Shown here piece by piece: positions 14,249 to 27,999 of a DNA stretch of 64,000 nt; positions within the stretch are counted from its first letter, which is position 1, and every line of letters begins with the position of its first letter. Origin of the DNA: Octopus vulgaris (Eukaryota); the NCBI GenBank assembly GCA_951406725.2, contig OX597825.1:37448001-37512000 (forward strand), given 5' to 3'. The translations under genes were made by a program, and so were the position numbers. The notes under the pieces were generated by a model, which did no database searches, had not been told where the DNA came from, and was given only the letters and a program-made list of their open reading frames with translations.

Positions 14249-15560
14249 GAAGAACAACCATAAGAAATATCATAAAACCTGAATGTGGGTTCAATAAGAA
14301 AGTGAATACATTTTGATGTGGAAGAAAAGAAGGATATCGCCTGATGAACTCTTTCACGATATGTTGACCGCATCTCAATGTAGAAATACCGGATTCTGTC
14401 ATCGATCAATGAGCATGGATTACCCACTTATAAAGCAATTGTAAATAATGTTAGTAGTGTACTGATTAACCAAATTTGCGTATTTGTGATTTTGATGGTT
14501 CAAAATTAATTTTAAAAGTCATTTTGCACAATATAGTATAAATCAGAACTGAAAACAATTTAAATATCAATGAAAAAAATTATATATATTGCTCTTTGTA
14601 TATATTGATGAGCAGAGCAAAGAAAGTGGTCCTGCTGGAGCGTTTAAGGGTTTGCCGACTGATAGTCATTAATTATATCTACATATATATAAATATGAAT
14701 ATACATACATGTATACATACATACATACATACATACATACATACAACCATGCATATATACATACACACCTACATACATACACTCACACATATATTCAGAT
14801 ATGAAACGAAAGAGAGCAACAATTAACAATTAGAAGCTGATCATTGATATTAAATGGTCATAGTTTAATTAGTTAAAAAACATTTACAGCTGTCTCTGTT
14901 TGTTATTTTTGGAGTAAATTATCATTTTTCTCGTTCCATTTAACAAACGTCATCAGAATGATTTAGAGTTTATCGGAGGAATATAGACCGGAGAAAAAGG
15001 AGAAAGAAAAGAAAAAGGAAAAAATCCTTTAGGCTTACATTTTTGTATCCTTTAAGGTTGCACGTGTGTGTACATTTCCTCAATTAGATGACTATATATA
15101 TATATATATATAATATACATATGCATGTGAATATATACATGCATGATACGTACATATATAAATGTATATACATTTGAAAATATTCATACACATTTCTGTG
15201 TGTATGTATGTGTGTGTGCATGTGTATATGTGTGTGTTTGTATAACACTAAGAAATCGTGAGTAGATGGAGACGTTTTTGAGTGGTAGCTCTCATTTCAA
15301 TTCTACTGTTTAGACATTACGTAATATAACATTGTATATCACTTGGAAGCTCTCTGGTGCAACTTCAAAATGAGATAGATTCGTAATATTTCACATAACA
15401 GATAGAAATGAAATCTGAAAATTCCAATCATTATAGTGTGATTTCTCGCGAGGTTTCATTATTAATATCTATTACAGTAAATTGATTTATTCACGCCTTT
15501 TGATAATAAGCAGTTACCTAACACTAGCTAGTTATGGGAGATTTATTACGGTAGTCGGAA
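14060..15560 (-). pseudogene. Decayed TLR-like relic (locus C)
   Basis: Minus strand: LRR-like NLP*LASV and NITNLSHFEVAPESFQ (15340-15550), TIR box1-like YNCFIS (14426-14443), then RYFYIEMRSTYRERVHQAISFFSSTSKCIHFLIEPTF. Broken by microsatellites. Confidence 0.45.
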
Positions 15561-15797
15561 AATCCAGACATACACACAGAAGTACATATACGTACATTCT
15601 TGTCATATACTTGTATAAAACATGACGGATGTATGGTTGCCGGTGTGTATGGATATATATAATGTTTGTGTATATGTTCTGTTTAATTCAAATATATAAA
15701 CGTACTCATACGCGCAAATATATAGGTATGCATTCATTTGTTTTATGTATATATGTATGCATATATTTATATACATGTATGTGTGTACACACACACA

Positions 15798-15842
<45 letters not shown>

Positions 15843-16139
15843 CATACATATATATGTATTCATACACTCAAAGACAGAGAGACATTCACCCACACACACA
15901 CTCACACACATCCACATGAAGTTTCATAATTGTTTGACTCAAATCCACGCAACTTAGTTGTGTAGAGTCATTGAACAGCTCGTTAAGCACTTGGAGGTCA
16001 AGTAAGAGGAAATAAGAAAAAAACTCAAGGGGGCTTCAAATGTTAGACCTATTATGCTGTCAGCCTCTTGTTTTATTGGTTTGGAAGCGACATCAGATCT
16101 TATCTTTGTTCTCAGGTCCACGTGACTGGGCAAGATTTT

Positions 16140-16520
16140 CGTCGTCATCTTTCTCTGTTAACTGTAGGCTGCTGGTATTGTTTATTTGCACATGGTATTC
16201 CACGACTTTCTACTGTTCCTATCGTTGTTACTCTTGATAATTTCAAAATTCCTCCAGGCTCTTTTATATATACTCTGACCCTTTCCCTATGGTTGTACCC
16301 TGAGAACTGCATGCGGTGAACGAAGTGTTGTATGTGTCTCTTTAACCCTGTAGGGTTGCACATGCGAGACATTTCTCATTACTCTGATGAGGTCTGCCAT
16401 CAATATATTGAATTTGGCATTGCCCGCGGTAGTTGAGTTCCGGTGGATCAGGTACTTGGATGCCATAGGTTTAGCATAGTGTGAATGGAGGATTTGGGTT
16501 TTATTAGATACAGAAATCTT
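16140..16520 (-). mobile_element. Penelope-like element fragment, inverted RT-thumb segment
   Basis: Minus translation ILHSHYAKPMASKYLIHRNS...KFNILMADLIRVMRNVS...HRMQFSGY. Inverted duplicate of part of 16884-17080. Confidence 0.8.
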
Positions 16521-16589
16521 GTTTCCAACCAGAGTTACCAAGGCTTGGAAATTGTTGGCCGTGCATTTCTGAAGTCCAAGAACAATTGT

Positions 16590-18160
16590 CCACATCATCA
16601 TGCGGCCAAACTTTTCATGGTGTGGTTGGAGAGGAGAGTTAAAGAACGCCTGGCACGGAACTCCATACTCATGACCATGTACTCTCGCTATGTCGATGAT
16701 ATCAACATAGTAGTAAAGGCACCCCCACAAGAGAGTACCCTTGAAATACAAATAGAAACTAATACTATGGAGAGTATCCAGCATAGCTAACTCCATTCAC
16801 CAGAGTATTCAGGTCACGATAGACTACCCTGCGAAACACGCTAACTATAGACTACAAGTACTAGATACAGAACTCCGGTTGGAAATATATTGATGGCAGA
16901 CCTCATCAGAGTAATGAGAAATGTCTCGCATGTGTGATCCTACAGAGTTAAAGAGACACATACAACACTCCATTCACCGCATACAAAGGAGAAAATTTGA
17001 AATTATCAAGAGTAACGATAGGAATGCGATTTGCCTATTCTATAGGAGCAAGTCATGGAATGCCATTCAAAGAACTAAGAAGAAAATAGAGAAGGCCAAC
17101 TCATGGTATGATAGCCACAAATACCAGAGTGTCATATTCGTCGATACCAAGACTAGAGGTGAACTGGCGTACCGCTTTAGAAGGGCTCTAGAAAACTTTA
17201 GCTAAAAATTAAGGTTGTAGAAAGACCAGATAACCCTGTTAAATCCCTAAACGGTAGAACCTACCCTTTTAATAGAACCCTTGTAATGATAGGGACTGTA
17301 TTGTATGTAGATTTTTCCCACAAACAAACTGTAAAGCTAGGAATGTAGTCTATATAGTATAAGATGTACAGAGGGACGGCTCAGAAACAAGACAACAACG
17401 TACGTAGGGGGGTCAGCATGGAGCATTCGAGAGCGGGTAAATGAGCATTTGAGAGAACTTAAGGCAGAGAAGGGCGCATATGTGTTATACCAGAACGCTG
17501 AGCGAGAACACTCACGAAGATACGAGTTAAAATTGTTTCCCCTCAGAGAACGCTTAGACAAATTACTGACGCTACACACATGATAGAAGATAAACCTAGC
17601 CTAAATAGTAAACTAAAATGGAACACTAGCACCAGCCACATACACCACAATCTATGGCAGGATAGGATCGCCATAAACTAATAATAATATGAAACTAAAA
17701 CAGTAGACAGATAAATAAATGGAATTAAATAAATGCATAAACAACATATTATAAATTGAATTAAATTAATGCAAAAAAATTAAATTAATACAAAAAAATT
17801 GAAAGGAAAGAAAAAGTAAATAAATAAAAACAAATGTATAAAATAAATAAAAGTAAATTAAACGAACGTGAATAAACATGGGATACTGATAATGCAGGTA
17901 GCATACACATTCGACCCCCACACACATTAAATATAGACACTCACAGGGATATACTCATGCGCAAATAAAGACACACACAACAGGAATACAAAATGGCAGA
18001 TCGTTAGGAAGGAGTGACACAAAAAAGAAAGAAGGAAGCAAAGGACCGCTGATAAGTTCAAAGAAGTGTGACGAAAGAACTCTGATCGAAATACAATTCA
18101 TATGAAATAAAGCTGAAGCAAGTGAACATCAAATATATAGTGCGTGTGTTTTCCTTGGCT
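16590..18160 (+). mobile_element. Degenerate Penelope-like retroelement: RT, GIY-YIG endonuclease and pLTR
   Basis: KLFMVWLE...YSRYVDDINIV (RT motif C), ANSIHQSIQVTIDYP...RLQVLD, and GIY-YIG-like NVVYI...YVGGSAWSIRERVNEH (17340-17450). Degenerate hammerhead CTGATAA...GAAA at 18049-18076. Confidence 0.88.
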
Positions 18161-18284
18161 AAACTGGCAACATGACCATCTCCAAATACAACAATGTCTG
18201 TTTCGACACAGGAACTCACAGCAAGAATCTTGCAAAACGACTATTTAAACGTACATATATATCTATATCTATAGCTATGTCTAA

Positions 18285-18370
<86 letters not shown>

Positions 18371-18398
18371 CTCTCTCTCTCTATATATATATATACCT

Positions 18399-18515
<117 letters not shown>

Positions 18516-18681
18516 TATATATATATACACTCGCACATACACACAAACACAAATATATATACATATACAGGGATATTTATAAATATTTACACATGTATTA
18601 CATTGCATAAATACAAAGAAAGAGATTTCGTAACTGAATTCTCCTCTATGTGTAGTTATACACACACATTCCCACACTTGG

Positions 18682-18726
<45 letters not shown>

Positions 18727-18949
18727 CATTCATACATACATACATACATATATATATATATATGTATGTATATATAGATATTTATATAGATAGGTTTTTG
18801 TGTATACGAATTTATAAATCTTACATATACTTGTGTACTTATATAGGTTTTGGTTTGTTTACATATGTAGGTGCATACATAATCCACGTGCTACATATAC
18901 TTATTTATACAGATACATACACACATATACTTATACGCTTATTTGTATG

Positions 18950-19001
<52 letters not shown>

Positions 19002-19734
19002 GAAAGAGGGGGAGAGAGTGAGTGACTAATAGATAGCTAGAAATAGAGGGGAGAGAGGGAGAGAGAAAGAGAGAAAGAGCGAGAGCGAGAGAGATGAATA
19101 TTCAAAGACAAACGTGTATTTAATTAGCCATTTGTTTTGAATGTAAAATCAGTGATTACAATGTTTTGCCTTCTAATTATTCATGAATTGTCAATATATA
19201 TTTATCTAGAGAAACAGAATTCATATCCACAAAGCAGTCTATTGAATCGGAACAAAGGATATTTCTGTTAATTTGCTTATAATTAGAATAAGAATATTCC
19301 TTAAAGAATTCATTTAGAAATTCCTGGAATGTACAATGTATTAATAGTGAAAATTCTTTCATTTGAAATATTCAACAGTTATCTGTTGCAAAAGAGGTAT
19401 TTTTGAAATAGGGAAAATAACAAACAAATTTCTCTACGACTATTAGATTATAAATTTTAGCGAATTAATCTGCTTATTCAATGAGGAATAATACAAATTC
19501 TGATTACTTTCATTAGCACACGGCGTGAAACACGAGAGATGTATGTATATTTTATTATATCGTCTACGCCCTGGTTCGGTGCTTTATTATCTGGAAACCT
19601 GGCAATACTCAGGATTTGAGCTCAAAAGATATAGACCCTGAAAAAATACCGTCTTGCATTTCCTCGGAAGCGCTAACTATTCTGCCAGTTAAGACACTCG
19701 GTAAGACATGGATACAGAATTGAAAAGATAAGAT

Positions 19735-19855
19735 AATGATAATAAGGATGATAATAACAATAACAACAATAACGACGACGACGACGACAACAACAGCAAC
19801 ACTAATAATAATGATAATGATGATGATAATGATGATGATAATGATGATAATGATG

Positions 19856-19898
<43 letters not shown>

Positions 19899-19912
19899 TA
19901 ATAATAATAATG

Positions 19913-19976
<64 letters not shown>

Positions 19977-19995
19977 TTGATAATAATAATAACAA
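19735..19995. repeat. (AAT/GAT)n microsatellite
   Basis: Directly visible trinucleotide array. Confidence 0.95.
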
Positions 19996-20915
19996 TCAGA
20001 AAACGGAAGGGTTTATCATAACAGCGCAGAATCAGTGCCTACCTACAAGAAGCTACCAGGCCAACATCTTATAGAAAGGTAGTAGCCCAACATATAGTGT
20101 ATTTAAGCAACAGATCTAAACTATCGATTATGTTGTCTCCATTTGCAGCTATCTTACGCCTCAACAGGCATGAGAGAGTGGCAGAATATATTTACTGGGT
20201 AATTTGCAAAGACGTGGATGTGCCCCATGGTAAAAGCTGGTGGGAATACCAACCACTACCAGTGCTTGAAAATGATCACGCCTCACTCCTTTGGAACTTC
20301 ACGATGATAGATGCAAATAGGCCAGATATTATATTGAGCGGTTTCAGACAAAAATCATGCCCCATCATCGATATGGCTGTCCCAATCGACATAAAGTTGT
20401 CTGTAAGACCTACCAGAAACAGAAATTAGCAAAATGTGATGCCATAGGTCCCCTAGGAATATAGCAAAAGGGGATGATTGTTAACTATCACAGATACCAG
20501 GAAATCCAAAATTGGAAGAAATTAAAAATTCATGTGAACTGCTCATATCCTGCAAAAAATATCGTCTATGTAATTCCCAAAATATTTTAATCTATAAACA
20601 TTATGAAAAGTACTTTTGAATGCAACATAAATAGCATACACATTTTACTGCCATCTTAAGATCACACTATCAACTTGTCAAATTGCTTTTAAAACAACTT
20701 TTAATTTTCTTATGTTTTGACAGACATTCTCTAGAACAGTACTCTGCAAAATCCAAAATATGGTACCCTAGTCATAATATCAACTTGAACTTCTACCTCA
20801 TTGTCTCTTGAGGCCTCTGGTTAACTAGTTAACTTGGAGTTAACTAGTTGAGGCCTCTGGTTACTAGTTAACTTGGAGTTAACTAGTACAAATATAAAGC
20901 AAAAGCCAAACATCA
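19996..20915 (+). mobile_element. 5'-truncated R4/Dong-like non-LTR retrotransposon (RLE C-terminus and 3' UTR)
   Basis: TEGFIITAQNQCLPTRSY, RHERVAEYIYWVICK, LLWNF...ANRPDII...IIDMAVPID. Flanked by (AAT)n on both sides. Confidence 0.85.
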
Positions 20916-21618
20916 TAATAATAATAATGAAGAAGCACTCCTCAACCACGGTTTGCACAATTAATTGCACAGTTGTAGTCACAACTGAAGTTGCTGTAGA
21001 ACATAAGTAGGTCTAATTAAAGAAAGAGCACTTAGAAAGGAGACTGGCATTATGAAACCATACATTCACAACATATTGATGGTGGGGTCAATCTTAGAAA
21101 TGATGTCACCAGTGTGCTTAATTTGTAATAGAAACGATTGCCATATTATGAATGAATATCCAGGATTTTCCCGAAACAGATATATAAGTTCTGGTGACAT
21201 AATGAGATAGTAAACGTTCTGCACTGGAAACTGTGAAAAGTGGGGGTTTCAGAGCAGGTGATTAAGTAAGGAAGAGGAGCAAAGCAAGTTAAACAGATTG
21301 GTGAGAAACATTTCCCGGATCAGCTTTGGAAAACCACTGAGGTGTAGAATAAAATACTGGACTGCGAAAAACAACTTAAGAATATACGTATATACAGAGA
21401 AAATTGTAGAATATGTGGAACTTGGGATTGCAGAATGCCAGACATTTTTGCAGAATGTCCCAAGTTGGCTTAGGGACAATATAAGAAATTGATGTATGAT
21501 CTAGTTTTCAAAGTTTTGCACTTGAAGCTTTGTCGGAAATGGGGTTTGAAGTAGGAAGAAGATGGCGCAGTCATCGGGTAGAACGAGTTTGAGTTGGAAA
21601 CTTGCACATCAGTACATA

Positions 21619-21682
<64 letters not shown>

Positions 21683-21695
21683 CATATATATATAC

Positions 21696-21751
<56 letters not shown>

Positions 21752-21781
21752 GCGAGAATGAAGCAACAAGAATGGATAGGT

Positions 21782-21872
21782 TTTTAGTACAATCGTTTCA
21801 TACAAGGACAGGTTTTATTAAAAGTTGCAAAAATTACAGCATATAAACGTGTCCCGTACTCATCAGCTAAAA
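21782..21872 (-). ncRNA. Type I hammerhead ribozyme (inverted-arm copy)
   Basis: Reverse-complement copy of 23796-23886. Confidence 0.85.
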
Positions 21873-23795
21873 TACATGTGAGTTCTCTAGACATCCTAGT
21901 GGTTGAGGCTATACTCATGAAGTAATGTAGATAATTAAGTAACATAAACAGATTTCAAAAGTTCATTAAAGTTCTTTAAAGATGATGTACAGTCTTATCA
22001 CAGAATTTAAAAAAAAGTCTTAACAGCATCACAGAGAAGGTGACCCAATCCATAGTGCATATATGAATTTCCAGAGATATGATGAGGGATTACATACTCA
22101 CAGAAGGCAAATTTATCCATTGTTAATTACAACGAGGTGGGTTTCAAATCCTGCTTATTAGCATTACAGAGAGGGTGAATTAATTCTAAAGCATAGAAAA
22201 CATAGAAACCTATTGAATAACCATATCGAACTAGGTCAAGTTTGTGTCCACGCTAAATTGAAGACTTTAAAATATTTTAAATGATTAGAATATTCGTAAC
22301 TAGATAGATAGATATAACCTGATTTCTACTGGTATAGCACTGCTTTAAGTAGATAACTAAGAGTTCTCACACTACAGTTATCTTTTTCCTATATCTGCAT
22401 CAGTTTTTTGAGAACAGGGAAATGAATAGCACTTATTCGCTGCTTAATTGAGGCTTTATTTAATTTCAAACTCACAATTTTTAAATTTTTAAATTCTTAA
22501 TTTTAAATCTTAATTGTAATTTTTAATTTTAGTTCCTAACTTAATCTAATTTAATTAGCATAACTCTAATTAATTAAATTGGGTTACTATAGACCCATAA
22601 TTCTATTTCAAAATTAAATAAATGAGACTATTCCCTCGGTGATAATATGAGTATCTTCATTATGATAGACAATCCCCTAACACCTCTTAAATGATCTTCT
22701 AAGATTTGACCTGTAGTCCGTCAATGTATGAATAATAACGGCAACTCCTTAAGACAATAAAATGAATAAATTAAATAAGTAAATTTTGATGACTTTTTGA
22801 TAAGATTATACCTAGTTTTCCCTAATGTATTTTCTGGTGATTTTAGCATCTGACCCCGAAACCCCTAACTGTGTTATCTCTTTAGATTCTCTTTAAATTC
22901 ATAGCTGATTTCAACAGCAATAAATTAACTGTTTTAACTGGTCAAAGAATAATATTCTCCTCTAATTCCTAGATGCCTGTAAACTAAAACTAGACTTGTC
23001 GTCTACTAATTCTTCTGTATAACTAGAACCCTTTTTTTCTTTTTCTTTCTTCTTTCTTCTTTTTTCTTTTTTTCTTTTTTCTTCTTTTTCTTTTTTCCCT
23101 TCCTTCCCTATTTCTTTCTCTTTTCTCTTTTTCTTTTTCTTCTTCTTATTCTCTTTTTCCTTTTCTCTTCTCTTTGAGTCCCCCTTCCCCCCTTTTTGCT
23201 CCCTCCTCTTTTATTTTCTCTCTTTTATTTTCTCTCTTTTCTTCTATGCCCTTCCCTTTTCTATTCTATACAGCTCTAGTAAGCCCTTCAGCCTTTAAAA
23301 GTTAAATAGCTACAGCCTCTTGTAAATAGCAGTAATGTGATTAATGTGGCAAATACCTAATCATATAGCAAGAATTGATACCTACCTCATTGTGTTCAAC
23401 CATTGATAAATTTATCGCCTGTGAATATGAAATTCCTTGGAAATTTACACCTACACCATTGGAAATTGTGCATCTATACAAAGGATTAATTCACCCTCTC
23501 TGTAATGCTAATAAGCAGGATTTGAAACCCACCTCGTTGTAATTAACAATGGATAAATTTGCCTTCTGTGAGTATGTAATCCCTCATCATATCTCTGGAA
23601 ATTCATATATGCACTATGGATTGGGTCACCTTCTCTGTGATGCTGTTAAGACTTTTTTAAAATTCTGTGATAAGACTGTACATCATCTTTAAAGAACTTT
23701 AATGAACTTTTGAAATCTGTTTATGTTACTTAATTATCTACATTACTTCATGAGTATAGCCTCAACCACTAGGATGTCTAGAGAACTCACATGTA

Positions 23796-23886
23796 TTTTA
23801 GCTGATGAGTACGGGACACGTTTATATGCTGTAATTTTTGCAACTTTTAATAAAACCTGTCCTTGTATGAAACGATTGTACTAAAA
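23796..23886 (+). ncRNA. Type I hammerhead ribozyme
   Basis: Stem I TTTTAG/CTAAAA, core CTGATGA (23802-23808), stem II GTACGGGACA/TGTCCTTGTAT, GAAAC (23869-23873), minimal stem III AC-GATT-GT, predicted GUA cleavage after 23880. Confidence 0.85.
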
Positions 23887-24033
23887 ACCTATCCATTCTT
23901 GTTGCTTCATTCTCGCTTATAATCACCCCACATTACTGTATTGTTAAATCAGTATAGTTTTTTTTGGTGCATCTAAGTTAGGTACCATATTCAAGTAAAT
24001 TCATTTAAATTAACTTGAATCTTTATTGCTTTT

Positions 24034-24133
<100 letters not shown>

Positions 24134-24417
24134 CGCGCATGTAAGCAATTATGTGAGTGTATGTGTGAGTGTGTGTGTGTATGTATCCATATTTTAGTTC
24201 CTTAGCTGTCTGCATTTTCTGAAAGAAAAAGTGTATATATTATTTTATTTAAATGTGATTTATGAAATACAACTATTCGTTTGCATTTTCAATAAAATGA
24301 AAGAAGATATAAAGGATTGTATAAATGTATTAAAAGCATGAAACGTAAAAATTTGTAACATTTCATTGACTATCATTTATTCTTATTACTCCTTAATTAA
24401 CATATTTCAAATATTGA

Positions 24418-24481
<64 letters not shown>

Positions 24482-25382
24482 TATAAGATAAAATCAAAAT
24501 CAAATAAAAATTAGACTAACCGTATGTGAAGTCATTAGAAGACAAGTTAACTTTTAATCCGGATTAAAATATTGGTAGACCGAAATAATACTACAGCTTA
24601 CGAAAGATCGATATAAACTTTTGAGTCTTACGTATTACAAATGAGAAATAATGAAAAGATAAATAACGAAGGAACCATCAATACACGCAAAAAACTAACT
24701 AATAAGGTTTATTAAGACGTCAATGCTTTCTGGAATACTAAATACTTTGAATCATCAGTAGGACAGTTTGGAAAATACTAAAATTATAAATAATCGAATG
24801 TACAGAACATGATAGAAATACTGATAATAAAAACTGACATGTATGTAAAAGTGATTGTTGTATTTGAACTAGAAGATGATTTAAAATATTTTGATTTTGG
24901 TCGATCATAGAATACGTTATAATAATATTCGTTTATTGTTTTATTCTGCTTCTTGTTTTAGTCATTGAAGTGGCTGTGCAGGGGTAGAGTCATCAAAGTA
25001 TTTCATTTATCACTTCAACCCTAGTAATTACATTAATATTACTCTTATATTATTAATAGCTCTGGTTAACGCGGTGAGCTAGTAAAGTTGTTACCACGAC
25101 GGAGAAAATGTTAGTGATGTTTCTTCTGTCAAATTTCACTGAAATCGACATTTTCATCCCTTTAGAGAGTTAATACCAGTTGAGCATTGGTGTTGATTTC
25201 TGCTCTGTTCAGAATTGATGCACTTGTACTAAAATTAGAAAGAATTATTGATTGCTCTTGTACCCGGAACCACGTGATTGCGAAGCGTGCTGCTCAATGA
25301 CACAGTAATGTCTGCACCGACATCCAGTCACTTTCTTAATGAAAATATCCCTCCTCCCTAATATTCATTTCAAACTTTAGAA

Positions 25383-25783
25383 CAAGGCCAGCAATTTCAG
25401 GTGAGAAGTAAGTTGATTATACCAACGCTAGTGCTTAAATAGTACTCTTTATTTCGACCTAGAAAGGACGAAAGGTCAAGTCGATCCTGGCAGAATTTGA
25501 ACTCAGAACACAAAGATAGGTTGGTAACCATTTTTCCGGGCATGCTAATGGTTCTACCACTCACCGCTTTGCTATTCCCTAATATTGGTTTTAAAATCTT
25601 GCACAAAGCAAGCAAGTTCGATTAAATCGATTCCAGTCCTCAAATAGTACTTATTTTATCAACTCGAAAAGTATCAAAAGCGAAGTTGACCCTGGCGGGA
25701 TTTAAACCCAGAACATAAAGACGGACGAAATGCCGTGAAGCCATTTTGCCCGGCATACTGATGACTTTATCAGTTCGCCACCT
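25383..25783 (-). mobile_element. Two tandem tRNA-derived SINEs, family C
   Basis: Two units with minus head GCGGTGAGTGGTAGAACCATTAGCATGCCCGG...GAGTTCAAATTCTGCC and a central GACYTTTCGTCCTTT...GTCGAAATAAAGAGTAC-type block, also seen at 27084-27306. Confidence 0.75.
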
Positions 25784-26161
25784 TCCTGCTCCCTAATATT
25801 ACTGACTATGCCTTTGCTTACAATTGAAGATCTTGCTGCTTTTAGTACGTTCCCCCCAACATATTTGATGACATCATGTCTATAACTAACGACGTTATCG
25901 CTCCAGACCTCCGTCTATCATACTCTATTATTTACTGATTTATTCTGAATTTAGTGATATTTTCTACTTCTAAATCGAATGATTTCATTTTCTTCCAAAC
26001 TTAAATGCATTATCTATTTTTTTTATTTATTGCTTCTAGAGTAGCTGTTTATTGTTAATATACCTCTTTGTATTTACTGGCTGTATCTTTTTATATTTAA
26101 TTTAGTAACTTTTTACATCCATTATTTTAGTGATTTTATACCTCTCTGCATCATTCTCCCG

Positions 26162-26220
<59 letters not shown>

Positions 26221-26221
26221 C

Positions 26222-26524
26222 ACCTTGAAAGATTTTAGTCGAATGAATCATCATATTACTTACATTTTTAAAAACCTATTGCTCAGTTTATCATTCTATT
26301 TTGCTGCACTGCTGGGTTACGGGGGGCCTAAATATACCAACATCGGTTGTTAAGCGATAGTAGGAGAGAACCGTAAACACGAAGACACATACACACAAAC
26401 ACATATACGACGGGCTTGTTTTCATTTCCCTCTATCAAGTTCACTCACAAGGCTCAAGACACTTGGCACGTGGTTATACTGAACCCAGAACCACGTGGTT
26501 GGTTAGCAAGCTTCTTACCACACA
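26222..26524 (-). mobile_element. Degenerate SINE, family A
   Basis: CATCGGTTGTTAAGCGAT, TACGACGGGCTTG, CACTCACAAGGC and GCAAGCTTCTTACCACAC blocks. Confidence 0.7.
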
Positions 26525-27083
26525 TGTATATATATATATTATGTAATGGATCAACCCATTTCCATTTAATTTTATTCCTTTTCGAATTTACTGATTCTTT
26601 TCCCACCCTGCTAACATTTACTGACTTTTATCTTAGTTCCTTAGATCTGAATAATCTCAATCGTTACAGGCAATATCAAAATTTCTTCAATGTTTTTGAT
26701 GGTGTGAACAACATTGACAGATATTTTCTAATATTAGTGTCTGGCTTTATAATCATGAGCATTCTTCCATTGATTTATATTTAAGATATAAATCTTTATA
26801 TAGATTTTACACAACAAAATTCTGATTTTCGTTGTGCATTTTTGCTCTCTGTAGAATAGTGTTACATTCTCTGTATGTATAGCGAAATCAATTTTACTTT
26901 CGGATTTCGACATACACCTTGTACATGTTATTAAGCTTCTTTCTTTATTTCTTTCTTGTTATTACTACTACTACTACTCTTTTTATAATGAAATATAGTT
27001 ACTTAAGAAAGTGGCTACTTCGATACCGTAGGTAGTCAACACAGTAATACTTATAATTTCTATTTTTATTAGTTTCAAATTCT

Positions 27084-27306
27084 GCCAAAAGGCCAGCAAG
27101 TTCGGTGGAGGGGTTAAGTCGATTACATCGACCCCCAGTACTCAGCTGGTACTTACTTTATCGAGCCCGGAATGATGCAAGGCAAAGTTGACCTCGACGG
27201 AATTTGAACATAAAGACTGACGTAATGCCACTAAGCGTTCTGCCTGGCATGCTAACGATTCTGCCATTTTACCTGGCTTGCAATCGATTCTGTCAGCTCA
27301 CCGTCT
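27084..27306 (-). mobile_element. tRNA-derived SINE, family C
   Basis: GTCGATTACATCGACCCCCAGTACTCAGCTGGTACTTACTTTATCGAGCCCGG...GGCAAAGTTGACCTCGACGGAATTTGAAC...CAGCTCACCG. Confidence 0.85.
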
Positions 27307-27314
27307 TAATTCCT

Positions 27315-27790
27315 ATTATTAATAATATTTACTGTTATCTGTTGCTTGTAGAACCGGAATCCAGTCAACGGTTCTAGGGCACCAAAGGAGGTGTTTGTAC
27401 AATATACGGGAGAGCACCTTTCTTAGTATGTAGGCTGTTCTCTTTTGGAAGTTTTGGATATTGACTTTGCCAGGCATTTTGAGGGTAAATCTGTTTAATT
27501 TTCTTTCCACGAGCTCAACAGCACCGACAAGGATAGGTATTACTTTAGTATCCACTACCTAGACCTCTACATTTTTGGAAGTTTATAACGTTGCGGTGAT
27601 TTTTCTGTATGTATTTTTCTCTTTGATGGTATTGCAACGTTTGTTATTAGGCATTTCTATTCCTTCTCATCCCTAATAATGATGTCCGGACGGTTTGATG
27701 TTATTTTCCGGTCTTTATGAATAGGCACATCCCATAGTGTGGAGACTGTTTCGGTTAATGGTCATACTATTTCTCGGTGGTCTCGAACTT
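27315..27790 (-). mobile_element. R4/Dong-like RLE LINE 3' fragment
   Basis: Minus translation WDVPIHKDRKITSNRPDIIIRD, TKVIPILVGA, KRTAYILRKVL. Confidence 0.8.
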
Positions 27791-27804
27791 TTGTATTGTT
27801 GTAG

Positions 27805-27839
<35 letters not shown>

Positions 27840-27999
27840 CTTCTTCTTCTTCTTCTTCTTCTTCTTCTTCTTCTTCTTCTTCTTCTTCTTCTTCTTCTTC
27901 TTCTTCTGCAGTTTCGCTCTTTCATTACAAGGCTCTTTTCATATTAGTTGTATATAGTTCCTTTGCATTCAGCGTGTTCAACGTTATATGTGTGCATAT

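Larger units (their letters stand above)
21752..23916. mobile_element. Young non-autonomous Penelope-like/retrozyme-like element with long inverted arms
   Basis: 21752-22184 is the reverse complement of 23485-23916. By eye they differ only at one A/T run (about one substitution and one indel). The 1.3 kb spacer has no ORF, and the element lies between (TA)n arrays. Confidence 0.9.

Noticed and set aside
15915-15990. Degenerate minus-strand hammerhead next to the inverted PLE segment
   Set aside because: A stem II-like hairpin is present but the core is too diverged (CTTAACGA) to call.
16383-16395. CTGATGAG hammerhead-core-like motif
   Set aside because: It is the antisense of PLE coding sequence (DLIRV), and no matching GAAA box or stems follow.
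20809-20887. CRISPR-like direct repeats
   Set aside because: Only two adjacent units with no spacers, in a eukaryotic LINE 3' UTR.
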